NCBI GenBank assembly: GCA_030704615.1
Contig: CM060732.1
Location: 71,548,001-71,612,000 of the forward strand
Direction: 5' to 3'
Source: Takakia lepidozioides
Lineage: Eukaryota; Plantae; Bryophyta
DNA length: 64,000 nucleotides
Shown: positions 26,741-39,280 of the stretch, piece by piece
Numbering within the stretch: position 1 is the stretch's first letter
Layout of the letters: each line of letters opens with the position of its first letter
The notes under the pieces: generated by a model
Told to the model about the DNA's origin: nothing
The model's input: only the letters and a program-made list of their open reading frames with translations
Database searches by the model: none
Translations under genes and position numbers: made by a program

Positions 26741-28300
26741 ATCGAGTAGGAGGAGAACGTTGTATATGGCCATAAGCTTTGCTCTGAGAATAGTTGCAGG
26801 GCCAAGGAGTCTGAGGGCCACCCCTCTTCCTGTACCTACGTGATAGATACCGTAGCCTGCATTAGTTTGAGTAAGGGATTCGTCAGTGTAATGGGAGTTT
26901 GCAGGGGGGTATTTTGAGGGGATAGGATTGCTGATAGATGGAGGAATGGGGGGAGGGGGGTAGGTATATTGGTACAATGGGGGATAGGTGGGTGGTGGAT
27001 GATGGACTTTATTTTATGAGTAACGGGTAGTAGATGTTCTAGTTTGTGATAGAAGGTTGTGGGTATGTCAGCGTAGTGGGGGTTTTGGACGTGCATGATG
27101 CGGATTCGGGTGGGTTCTTTTTGCCTGAGGTATTTGGAAAAAGGGGGGGTATGGATATATTTAAGCTGGTTTGGGTCAATTGTGACTATTAGCTTGACCT
27201 CCGCAGGGAGGCGTAGAAGTGGGTGGGAGGTGGTAGGTATGCTTTGATGTGTGAGGATGATGATGGTTGAAGCATAAGAAGAGGAATGTGCAGCAAATTT
27301 GGCCCATTGAAGAGCTTCATGGGAGGTCCAAGTGGGGGTGAGCGAGACCACGGCCTTCCTAGGTATGCTGGGTAGCATTACCAGAGGCCCCGAAGATGCA
27401 ATCTCTATTATGCGGGTTGGCAAAGGTGTCGAGTTCCATAGGGCAGGTTAGTGGGTTGGAGTAGTATGAATGAGTGATCTGAAATGTTTGGATAAGTAAG
27501 GTGAGAATATCTTGGGGAATAGTATGATGTGCGCTTGCTGTTTCTAGTCGCGCAAAGGAACGTGGTTTTTTAGGCGGAGTGTCTTTGAGATAGCGATCGA
27601 TAAGCCAATATACTTCTGTGGCAAAATCTTGTTGAGGTGGAAGTAGCTCATGTGAGTATGTCTTTGGAGCAGAATACTTGCTCCACATAGCCATGTTAAT
27701 CTATTGGTGGGGATAAGCCCTATGTAACAGCCGTTTTGTGCATATACTAGAAAGACGAGGTCCCCTGCGGATTAGAGGTTGGGCATGTTGGATATCTTTG
27801 TCCGGGTTGCATTCAGCTATGCATATGTGTACGTTGGGCCGAGATCGGTTTATAAATGTATCTATTGTCTATATGCTGAATGGGGGTGGCATGTTGTTGG
27901 TGAATATGTGTTAGGTAGTCAATGTTAGTGGTTTTGTAGAACGTGGTGAGAAGGGTGAGATTGTGGTCGGGGTCACATTTATCATATGGGCCAAATAGAT
28001 CATCTTCTATTTGCCATGTATTGTCTTCATCAGGGTAGCCGGCCCACTTGCAATGGTAGTACGTGTCAACGTAGGTGGCCCCAAAGGCGTCAATTGATGT
28101 TTGGGTTTTTATACCTAATATGGCTTCAATGACGTAGGCATCTGGATTGTCAGAGTTAGGCGGGGAGGTAGGGTGAGATATTGTGGGGGATAGTGGAGGA
28201 TGGGTGGGGGTGTCTCGTGTATTGGCTGGGGAGGTGTATGTTAAGGAAGAGTTGTCGGTTGGCAGAATGTGTTGCAGGGCAAGTTCTTGAGGGTGTGTGG
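25255..28300 (-). mobile_element. 5'-truncated non-LTR retrotransposon, Dualen/RandI-like (chromodomain, RNase H, CCHC, restriction-like endonuclease, (CT)n tail); left arm
   Basis: Chromodomain YVIEAILG...YYHCKWAGYPDEDNTWQ (~28140-27995). RNase H HYTD...RAKLMAI...IFTDSLTS...HTGIQGNEEAD. CPLC...DTWPHLLSQC...ITRH, then PDILII...IEFTFCHD...KRQKY...TAGTRGGIH. Ends in a CT dinucleotide tail; many frameshifts. Confidence 0.78.
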
Positions 28301-28319
28301 ATTATCTCTTAATAATGGT

Positions 28320-31300
28320 ACCCACACCTTTCTATCACAAACTAAAACATCTACTAACCGTTGCTCATAAAATAAAGGCCATCATCCACCACCCTCCTAT
28401 CCCCCATTGTACAAGTATACCTACCCCCCTCCCCCGAATTAAAACAAATAAAGCCTGGATCGAGGCACTGCAACGCCTCCACAGGCCACAACACCCCCCC
28501 CCCCCCCCCCCCAATTCCTTTGATCTATCAGCAATCCTACCCCCTCAAATACCCCCCTGCGAACTCTCATTACATTGATGGGTCCCTTACTCAAACTAAT
28601 GCATGCTACGGTATCTATCACGCAGGTACGAGGAGAGGGGTGGCCCTCAGACTCCCAGGCCCTGCAACTATTCTCAGGGCCGAGCTTATGGCCATCTACG
28701 ACGCTCTCCTCCTACTCGATACATTTTCCTGCCCATACTTCATCTTCACTGACAGCCTTACCTCCTTATTTCTCATCCGCAACCACATTGCCCGTCCCTC
28801 CTCCCACCACCATCATCCTGACCGCAACCTCATCTCAGCCATTGTCAACGCCGCCGCCTCTATAAAGCATCAGTACACATACTCAAAGTACGCTCGCACA
28901 CTGGCATTCAAGGGAATGAGGAGGCCGACCTCCTCACTCAGCTCGGTGCCACCAAACTCACAGTCAAACCCACGAACGACCCTATCCACATCGCCCACCT
29001 ACCCTTTTTGGTTTATACACCCAGTTCCGAACCCTACCGCACCACGACCTTCACGCAATCTCTTGGCCACCCTCACCCGTGAAGCAAACGAACAGGCTGT
29101 AGCCTCTATCAGTCATACCAAAGTGCATATTCAAAAATGGACCCAATCCGAGGTATTACACCACAAACTCTCGAACCACTTCTGGCACACCAAAGCGACC
29201 ACTGATTCACAAATCCGCCAGACACTTAAAATCAGATATGCCCAATACATGGGTCACCAACGCAAACACATTTTCTAGCCACATCTCTTCCCATCACCTT
29301 ACTGCCCACTGTGCTCCACAACTCATAATGCACGTGATACCTGGCCGCACCTCCTGAGCCAATGCACGCATCTGGTCATCCATGGTCTTCATATCACCCG
29401 CCACAACCAAGCAGTCTGGCATCTCCACAAACTATTCACAAAAAGCGCCGATGGTACACACTCATTAACGCCGGTACCTTCCAAGGGAGTTATTAATCCA
29501 AAAGTCCGGAATTACTTAAAATTGTGTTAGACGTGTGGATTATGAGAATAATGAAAATACTTCTAGAGTCTTCCAAATCCTCCCGCCCACTGTCATCATA
29601 TTCGAAGCTTTCCGCTGCCAGCGGCCTCCACTATGATGTGCACACTAAGTGTAACACAAAGCCGTGGAGACACATCTGACAAATAATTTCTCGCTCTTCC
29701 CTTGATCTAAATAGAGATGGCGGACTACATTCACTTGGATTGAAGGAGTCGTTGCCTCTCTGTCTTATTTTCGAGCAGAACTGTTTTTCCCTGTTTTTTA
29801 GGACAGAAGCAATAGTAGTTTATTAGCCAATAGCTCCGTCTTAGAACTGTTTACAATGCCGACTTCATAACTGGGCACCTGATCCTATTGCTCCCAACAT
29901 GAGTTACTCAGTTGTTATCTCTCAAGCTTTGACATGTGATGTCTATCAACTCTTTTATCATGCACTTCACGCTTCAAACCTTATTTCTGAGATAATGTGT
30001 TTAGAAACTAATAGTGTGTCTAGATTAATATGTGTTTAGAAGCTCATATGTGTTACGGCATTAGAATAGAAACTCATAATCTTACTCCCTTGGAAGCCTG
30101 CTGCACCGAGGGTCAGGAAGCAGGAGCTTGAAAGCACGGTTGTCATTCAGAGAGCTCAGCTTTATTCTATATTCTTTTCATTCCCTTGGCACTTGCCTTG
30201 CAAATGCTAGATGTTATGTTATCGTAAAAGAATGTATCAGTAGAACTGGTTGTTGCCTCAACTTTATGCTTTTTTGTCTAGCAAGTGTCTCTTTTGGAGT
30301 GGCATCAAGATGAGAGACTAGCAAAAGAGGGAAAATGGGTGGTATGTCTAGGGTGAAGAGGTAAAGGCCGCGGATGGAGCTTGAAAAATCCTCCACAACA
30401 TCATTTTGGGTAAAGTCTGAACTCGGGGCTTCCTCTCCATCACAAGGGAGTGATAAGAAACGGCCTAGTGTTAGTGAATCAAGGTTTGGAAACAAGGCCT
30501 ATGTCGTCACCCCTGGCATGTGCATCAAGGGCTTGTCATATTTGATGCATCTACGGGAAATGAGTAAGTAATTATGAATGTCCCCAATTATTTCATGAGG
30601 GATGAAAGAACGATAATTGTCCTCATCTTTGTTCTCTTTAACATTTGCTCTTGTTTATTAATTTATATGTTCTATTGGACAAGATCTTTGATATTGTTTT
30701 GGAATAACCACACATTTATAATCGCAGTAATTCTGGTGTACGTAGTGGTTTTGTTAAATATTTTGATGGTTAAATATACTAACACCATGGATGCCATTAA
30801 GATGATGCGGCTCATGGCTACACCATCGGATCCCCTTTGCTTTGAGCGCTCTTTTGAGTATTGTATGATCAGAGTGATGTTCTCCCCCATGATGCTACAC
30901 GTACTTGCAAGTTGATGTACATTTGCATCCTGATCAGCCGAGGAGTATTGAGCTCGTATTGAGGCTAATGGCTCATGATCCAAGTTGAACCTCATGGCTC
31001 AAGAGTGAGTTTGGAAGAGGTAGCTTTGACGAGTGAGCCACTTCCATACCCAAGGTCCACTTGCACACAGTTCTTACCACCGTGCTATTATCATAGAAGA
31101 GATACATCGGCAGATCTCATTCGTGAATTGATTGTCGCCGAGTCGATTGATTAATTGAGGTTGCTAGGTGATCAGTCACTTAGATATTTCATTTATTTCA
31201 TTGTCATCATCAGTACGCAGAGCTGAAAGCACTACCACGAGACCTTACATGTCCAGCATGGCTCACTTTCACCAGAAATGTCTCCCTGGCCTATTTGCCA

Positions 31301-33553
31301 AGTGTACCACTGTAGGTGGTGCACGTGCTGTCATTGGTCTAGAGTGAGGTTGGGTAGCGAGTAAGCATGACAGACTTGGATGCTTGCTATCAAGAAGGGG
31401 GAAAGATAGTGGTGGATAGGCGATTAATGAATTCATGTCTGATGGGCTGCATGCTTGTTGATGTATATTAACCTGTCTCTGGTGATGAAGTCTGCACGAG
31501 GACCAATTGGAACTGTGACATGTAAGGCATTGCATGGCATTTAGATATGCTTACTTTTCTTATTTTGCACATAGGTATTTAGAGGTAGGGATAAGAGAAG
31601 AAACATGAACATGGGAAAATGAGAAGAGTGCCTTGTCTGGTGATTGTACTGGTACAAAGCTGTAAGTAAAACCTAGAGATGAAACTAACACCATCTTGTA
31701 TGAACTTTTAGCTATCTGAATTAGGAAGGGAGTTAGTGTGAAAAATTACAGCTGCATTCTGTGTGTAGCAGAGATCTGAATGCAAGAAACTTTCTGTAGG
31801 CTGATTGCATGGGGTGGTAGTAAATTATATGAAGGGCCTTGTGTGTGCAAATGAAAACCAGATGTTGTATCATTTCTGAACCTTAAGCAAAACCCAGAGA
31901 TGGACTACAACACTGACTGGCATGATCAACTGATGGCAACATGAACTGCCTTGCATTATGCTGGATCTTGAGAAGTAAAACCAAGAGAGTCACTCAGTGA
32001 ATTTGATTGCATGAGGTTCAGCTGTGAAAGCAGATAATGGGAGGGTGCAGTAGTGTGAGACAGTACAGTTGTGATATAAGCAACCCTGGCCTTGAGAAAG
32101 TAAAACCACTTATGACTACAAGTAAGTTGTGAGGAGAAGAGATATACTAGCGATAATCAGATCATCTACATGGTAGCTCTATGCAGTCTTATGTATGTTA
32201 AACAACCTAGGCCCTTGATAAACTGATACCAATCTTCAAATGATGGAGCTGAGCAAGAACAACCACCAAAGATTATGTTCGATTTGAGATGATGTAAGAG
32301 GTCATGAACGAAATTGTAAGTGCATTGTTTCAGATGGACATATAATGTTCAGTGACGCCATAGATTTTGCTGAAATGTGTAGGTGTGGAGCTCCAGACTG
32401 TCGAGTCTTTATTGCTAACATGAATCCTCTACTGCTGAGGAAAAGTACCGAGCATTATACAAAAACATTAAAAGAACTCAAGGTTCACAATGCCATAGAG
32501 GTGGAGAGGCTGCAAAATCTCACAAACATGCTGCATCAGAAAGACACAAAGTTGAGTGCACATGAGCAGTATGAAGTGGAGACACTCAAACAAGACCATT
32601 TCAATTTCCGTCTCATAATGAGGGAGTATCTGTTTATTAAAAAGGGCTTAACACGCAGCACAGAGCATTGAATTAGAAGATTATGGAGAAACCTGCAATC
32701 ACAGATGAGCATACCAAACCCCAAAACAAGCTGTAGGCAAATGAGTGGACCAATGGAGTTGTTTGGGAGTGAAGAATGGGAACAGAGGTTGGCTAGGGCA
32801 CTTCATAAAGAAGGACTTCCAATGAGTGTACGGGTTCTTTATAGACTCAGAGAAAATGAGGACTACACTTTGATGCCCAAATCCACAGTAGATGGCTTGT
32901 TAGAGGCACTACGATTGTACGTTAAACCAGAACCAGACAATTTACTTCTAAAACTATGCAAAGGCTGGCTTTTACCATGCACGTGCACCTAAGTACCCTG
33001 CTCATGCCCCGCCTGGCTCTGCCCGGACATACTCATTATCCAGGGACTACCGTTCAAGCCTCGCCACCTACTTCACCATCCCCGCAGCTCATCATCCACT
33101 TTATCGAAATTACATTCTGCCATGACCAATACCCCCACAATTCAATCCTCGAAAAAAGGCAAAAATACGCCCCACTCATTCTTGCAACTCATCGGCAGGG
33201 TTGGAAGACTGGCCCACTCATAGTCATCACTGCCGGAACCCGAGGCAACATACACAATGCCAATATCAATGATTTGCATGATAACTTTAAAATACCTATC
33301 CTCCCAATCCATCAATGTTTCAAAGCACCCGTTCCCTTACAGCCATCATCACCAACAAACGCCAACTCGAAGCTAGCCCCTCTAGTGCACCCTGGGTCCC
33401 CCAGGAACCCAGGGGGGTCATAGCAGCCCTCCCCTCTTTTTCTCCTTGGTTAACTGGTGTCCCACATGACACCCTTACTATTATAGGGCCCACTCCGAAA
33501 AGGGGCAGTAGCCGTTAGATGAAGTGGCTCTTAGTTACGCCAGCCACGGCCGG

Positions 33554-33586
<33 letters not shown>
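28320..33586 (+). mobile_element. Second, inverted copy of the same LINE 3' region (28320-29489 plus ~32965-33586), interrupted by ~3.5 kb of unrelated sequence; right arm
   Basis: 28320-29489 is the reverse complement of ~27063-25926, and ~32965-33586 is the reverse complement of ~25900-25255 including the (CT)n tail. Confidence 0.88.
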
Positions 33587-33588
<2 letters not shown>

Positions 33589-36266
33589 GTGGTTGGACTG
33601 ACTGGTCCCTCCCACAGGTCGATGCTTCTCCCACTTTCGTAGTTAGATCAACACTGGTCAATGAAGGCACTTTAGAATTACCACTCTCTATTGATGGGGT
33701 CATGTATTTTCCTGACCTATGATTATGTCACCAACCGGTGTGGCTACCTGGTTGTGACCATTCTGAGCTACATGAGGAACTATTGATGTTGTTGGCACAT
33801 TGACTACACTCCTGAGTTTTGAAAATCCAAAACATCTATAGTCAGTTTCTCTCCTTGTAGTGTATTCTCATCGAAAAGTACATCTCAACTAGTCGTGATT
33901 TTCCTCTTGATAGGATCCCAGAGTCTATAAGCTTTGCTTGCCTCACAATAACCTACAAACAAGTGCTTGACACTCTTTGGATCAAACTTCTTCCGTAATT
34001 CTTTCGGGACATGCACATATGCCGTACTCCCAAAAATCCTCAAAGTGCGCAATCGATGGTTTTTTCTTGTGTCATTTCTCAAATAGAGTTTTGTTCTCCA
34101 ATGTTCTGGTAGCAGATCGATTTAGTACATACATGGTTGTATGCACTGCTTCTGCCCGGAGATAAACAAGTAACCCATTCGCATACAACATGCTTCTGGC
34201 GCTCTCGACAACTATCCTGTTGTCTCATTCAATATAGCCATTCTGAAGCGGCGTATAGGGAGCTGTGGTCTCATGCTGTATCTCTGGTTGTTGTAAGTAA
34301 TATTGAAAAGATTTTCCCATATACTCTCCACCACGATCAGTTCTAAGAATCTTGATCTCATTACCTGTTTCTGTCTTGACTTGTTTCAGCAAGACCTGAA
34401 ACACAAGAAGACATCTGACTTCTTCTTAATGCAGTAGATAAATCTATAGCCACTGTTATCATCCTTAAACAGTGCATAGTATCTAGACCCTGATGGCGAA
34501 TTGACACTCATAGGACCGCATATGTTCAAATGGAAAAATTCTCTCGATCTCTCGGATCTCTCACGATGTTTTCCTTCAAATGACAGCCTGTGCTATTTTC
34601 CAAACACACAGCCCTCACAGAGACTATCACTCATAGCATCAGTAGTAAGCTTCAATCCTTCTACCATATTCTTTTGATTCATCCTTTATATCGTTGCAAC
34701 ATTTACGTGCCCTAGTCTACAAATGCCAAACCTTCAAATCACTCATCCTTTCTGATGCTAGGTTTGCTTCAGACTCTTTGGTTCTCTCAACCAGTTCCTC
34801 ATCTCTGACATCTGTGTTCCAGTCTGTGACTACAACATTTGCTTGAGTATCATTTGGAGCTATGACCTCAATATCAAGCTTGTAAAGCTTTCTGTCCCTT
34901 CTTCTTTCCATCCCAATGTTTCAGTTTGCAAATATTCTTGCTAGAAGTAGTTGTAAGATTCTTGTCAGCAGCTTGGCCTATGGAAAAAATATTTTTCTTT
35001 ACCTCTGGGACATACAAAACATTCTTGATCGCCCCATGCTTCCATTGGTTGTTAACATGGAAGCGAATCTCAATATCACCAACACCTGCAGTTGTCGATT
35101 GTCAGCCATGTACACTGGCCAGCGCCCTCTGGGTATTTTTCTCATGGTCCTGAATCATTTTTGTTTATCAGTCATATGTTCAGTTGCGCCTCCATCAGTG
35201 AACCAAAATTCCTGATCGCGAACAGTTGAATCAATCGCGGCAAATGCTATACTCTCACTTCTATCAAGAGTTACATTGGCATGACTTCTTGATCCATATG
35301 TGATCCCCGCAGCTTCATCACGTAAGTGCTTTCCACATTCCTTTAACCAACCACAATAGTTACATCTGCAGTTCTTCTTCTTCTCAGCAATGCTGTCAGT
35401 AGATGATCGATGGTTGTAACCATGATCCCTTGAACTTGATCACGTTGGCTTCTTTAGTGCTGCGTGCTTACTGTTCTTCTTGATTTATTTTCCATCCTTC
35501 ATAAAGAATGCGTGACCACCAGTCTCTCCTTCTTGATCTGCATCATAGAGCTTTGCTCTTGCTTCTTCCTTTAACAGCTGAACTACTAGATTATCGATCG
35601 TCTGATTGGTTTCTGGAACGTTGTCCCACGCTGCCAACACATGTTTGTAGGACTGGGGCAAACTACATATGACCTTTGTCATTATTGTTGTCTCTGACGT
35701 TACTTCTCCGAGATCATTCAATTTAGCAGCTAATGACTCGATCTCGCTAATGTGATCAGCTATTTCGTCACCTGCTTTCATTTTGTATTCAAAAAACTCT
35801 TGCTGGAGGACGTGCTTATTCTCCGACACATTTTGTTCATGAGTGGCCAATAATCTCTACCCGAGTCTCTGCCACATCTGATATGCAATAACACAATCAA
35901 TCAGCCTCTGAAGGTTCTCTGATCTACAGATACACAGATGTACATCTTCCCTACATTATTTCCTTTGTCCCAAACTGTCTGTGCAACAAGTAACTCATCA
36001 GCAGAAGCATCTGGGTTTGCTAACGCTGTTGGTCTAACTGCAGATCCATCAATGATTGTCATCAATCCTTTCGCTTCAAACACAATCCTCATCTGGAATT
36101 TCCACAACTGAAAGTTTTCGCCATTGAACTTAGTTATGTGCGTGAAATCTCTTGTATCTACATTCATAGCCATCCTGACTAACTTCTGTAGATTAAACAA
36201 AAACAAGAAAACATAGTAGCATTTTCAATGTAGTGGTTTCAGTACCAAGAGTGTGGGCCCATAACC

Positions 36267-36552
36267 TGTTGACAGAGTTTATAAATCTACACACATCTAC
36301 AATCAAGATTCCAGAGCTAGAGTCCTACAATCTGTGCAGCCAGACATAAGAGAGAGAAACAGTAAGTGAGAGACAAACAAGACGACAATTCTTGATGCTT
36401 GAAAAACAAGATACACGATAGTCACGTTGTTCACGTCTATCTGTATTCTCTCCAGTAACGAGCATTCAACATCAATTTGACCAGCTGTCACTAATTCAAA
36501 ATCAATCTACTCATGATGAAGGTGTGTGGATGTAAATCGTTGCAATCCTACA
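36267..36552 (-). repeat. Copia 5' LTR
   Basis: Direct repeat of 17775-18062, followed by TSD AACCT, with the PBS adjacent at ~36255-36266. Confidence 0.93.
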
Positions 36553-37859
36553 AACCTGACCCTACCGTTTGCCGGGGCCGAAGAACGTCATCTCCAATGT
36601 AATAGGTTATAATGGGTTATGACCTGATGCAAAAGAACGAGAGCCATAGGGTTTAGAGTGCCAACCTGAAGCACCAAATGGTAGGGAAGGTTTGGAGGAG
36701 GGAGGGCTTGAAATCAGTGGACACTCAGCTGAAATTTGACTGCTTACTGGACACGGTTCTAGTGGAAACTAATTTAGTACCTCGTGAAGAATGTGAAGCT
36801 TGAGCAATTGAATCAGAAAAATTCTTTAGGTTCTTCTCCTCACAACAATACTCGCAGTGATCTTGAAGATATGGAAATGGACACTAAGTTTACAGAACCT
36901 TTGCCAACCAACCAACAAGTCTCTTCTTCTCATGTCCACTTAAGTAGGCAGAATGAGAGATGAAATTTGGTTCAAGAAAGTGACTATTCATTTACCTGTA
37001 TCTAACACTGTCGTTGATAGAGAGGCACTCAATGAAGAGCACCATTAATTTACACTTCCTTTGGGAGATGTCATCATTTTCATTCTTTTCTTATGGTGCA
37101 GCCTTCTGATCTTCTACAAATGGTTATTTATTGGCAAAGGTATTGTCTTCACAGGTAGGTAGGTATTCATTGGAAAGGTACATCATAGGGAGAAAAGGCA
37201 TCTCATTTTACAATATTAGTGACGTTAGGGCGCACTCGCGGCCTGAGAGGTGGGTCCCGCGCACGGACGCCCGGCTCCCCCCGCCCGACCCTCCCCCCCC
37301 CCGGCCCGCCGCCCCGCGCGGTCCCCCAGCCGCGTCCGCTCCCCCCGCGGCTGCAACAGTCGCGCCCCCAGTCCGTTGTGCCAGTCCCCTCACGTCCACC
37401 CTGTCAGTGTGCCCGCCAGTCCGCTGCCCATGACTCCGCTTCTCGCCAGTCTGCCGGATAGCCAGTCTGCCGGATAACCAGTCTGCCGGCCAGTACGCTG
37501 GAGGCCAGTCCGCTGCGCCAGTTCCCCAACTTCCAGTCCACCGACGAGGCCCAATCTGGACCGTCCGCTCCTAAATCCCATCTGAGCCCTCCATTTATAG
37601 GGCCTAATCCCAAACCTTATCCCCGGCGCCTGCCACTTGCCAGAACCCTAAACGTGCGCACTGTTGCTCTTGCACGTTGTCCATCGTGTCCAGGGTACTG
37701 CGGCGCGTTTCTTGCAAGTTTTGAAGCGTGTCCTTTGCACTGTATAGGGCATGGATGTGCAAACAGAATGCCACGACAGACTGGAAATAGAAAGCCCGCT
37801 TATACGGCCTCTTCGACAATGTTTGCAAACACCAAAACCAGGAGCCTTCAGCACGAAGG

Positions 37860-39280
37860 ACCTCCATTGGAAGAGTGAGACGCAATATGGGTATATGGGT
37901 GTGTGAGTGAATGTTCAGAAGGCCTGCATACCTTGGGATAGAGTTGATGACTTTATCCTTGGAGATGAGAGTTTGGTGGACTACCCCACTCAGTTTTGGG
38001 TTAGTGTCCATACTAAAGTGCAACCTGGCATGCAAAAAGAGCCCAGAGGCAACACATTCCTGAACAGTACCATGTGTGCACCATCCTCACAGTCTTTTTG
38101 TACAATCATTGCATATGTGTTGCCATTTTTGTTTCCTACCTACTGAGATGGACATCGATTTTGAATTTAATGTCTAGGTATCAATGCTGCTATGGTCTGG
38201 ATGACAAGCACACCGACAATGCAATAGTGGAGGATCCAAAACTAAAGCGTGGAGGACCTCTTGTGGGTGCTGGAACATCTCACCCTCATAAAGGCCCAAG
38301 GAGAAAGAAGTCCAAGTATGGAGAGTCTTACAAGCGTGGTTGCCAATGTTGTTTCAAGGTCCAGCAAAGCTACCTCGCCCCCAACATATATGTCCTCACG
38401 TACTACAACAACATGGAGCATAAAGACCCAAAAAGGAAAGCCACGCATGGGAAGGCGGCTGAGTTCATGAACACCTGCCACGCCTATGCATCACACATTA
38501 GTGAAGAATTGAAAGCCTGGGTTGTCGAATGTTTGTGCCGAGGCCTGTCTATCGCCCAAATCATGATGGAACATAAAGAACACGTCATGAACAACACCGG
38601 GTTGGGAGATGCATGGACACGAGATGATTTCTTGTTGGAGCAAGATGTCTGCAACCTTGCCGAGAAGCGGGCATGGCTAACCTTCAAAAACCACGCCGAT
38701 GATGCGGAGAGTGTGCTTATGTGGAAAGACCATAACCCGGACTCGGTCTTCTTCTATCAAGAAGAGAATTTGGCGGCAATATACAAGCATTTTGATGGAG
38801 ATTTGACCTTCACAATTGGCATTCAGACTCCTTGGCAGAAACGACGAATGCTGGAATTAGGACATGCCCGCATCATTGCATGTGATGCAACCTTTGGGAC
38901 AAATCATGACAAGATATTATTCACTCGATTCCATGGACTTGTGGGAGTACGATAGCATAGTATCGCTGATCCACTCTGTATGTTTTCATGTGTTCTCTGC
39001 GAAAGACCGAGTCTGGCCGTGCACAACTTGCTTGACTTTGCATTCTCTGACCATCTGTCATTGTCCATACGAACAGTTCCCATTGTACACGTTGATGGTC
39101 TTCGACGAGTGGTTGAATGGTATACCAGTTGCCTATATCATATCCGCGAGGAATCGGACAAGTGACCTGGTGCCGTGGATGACAGCCTTGCACGATTCAC
39201 TCTTTGCAGATATGCCGAACTGGCGACCCAATGCCTTCATTGTGAACGATGCCGAGGCAGAAATAAACGCTACTCGATAA
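37860..39280 (+). pseudogene. MULE-type transposase, copy 2 (diverged relative of copy 1, 3'-truncated)
   Basis: IPWDRVDDFILGDE, YKRGCQCCFKV, SHISEELKAWV, IGIQTPWQK, IIACDATFGTN, PLYTLMVFDEWLNGIPVAYII, WRPNAFIVNDAEAE. Intron positions are similar to copy 1. GC-rich left flank from ~37228. Confidence 0.82.

Larger units (their letters stand above)
17775..36552 (-). mobile_element. Ty1/Copia LTR retrotransposon, degenerate, carrying two large nested insertions
   Basis: LTRs at 17775-18062 and 36267-36552 (TGTTGACAG...ATCCTACA on +), 5-bp TSD AACCT on both sides. Sense PBS GGTTATGGGCCC follows the 5' LTR. Gag KFNGENFQLWKFQM (36206-35485), protease WFTDGGATEHM, integrase/SH3 LRIFGSTAYVHVPKELRKKFDPKS, RT FKARVVAKG...FVDDG (25208-24318). 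RNase H LADMFTKAL is split by the CACTA insertion. Confidence 0.95.
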
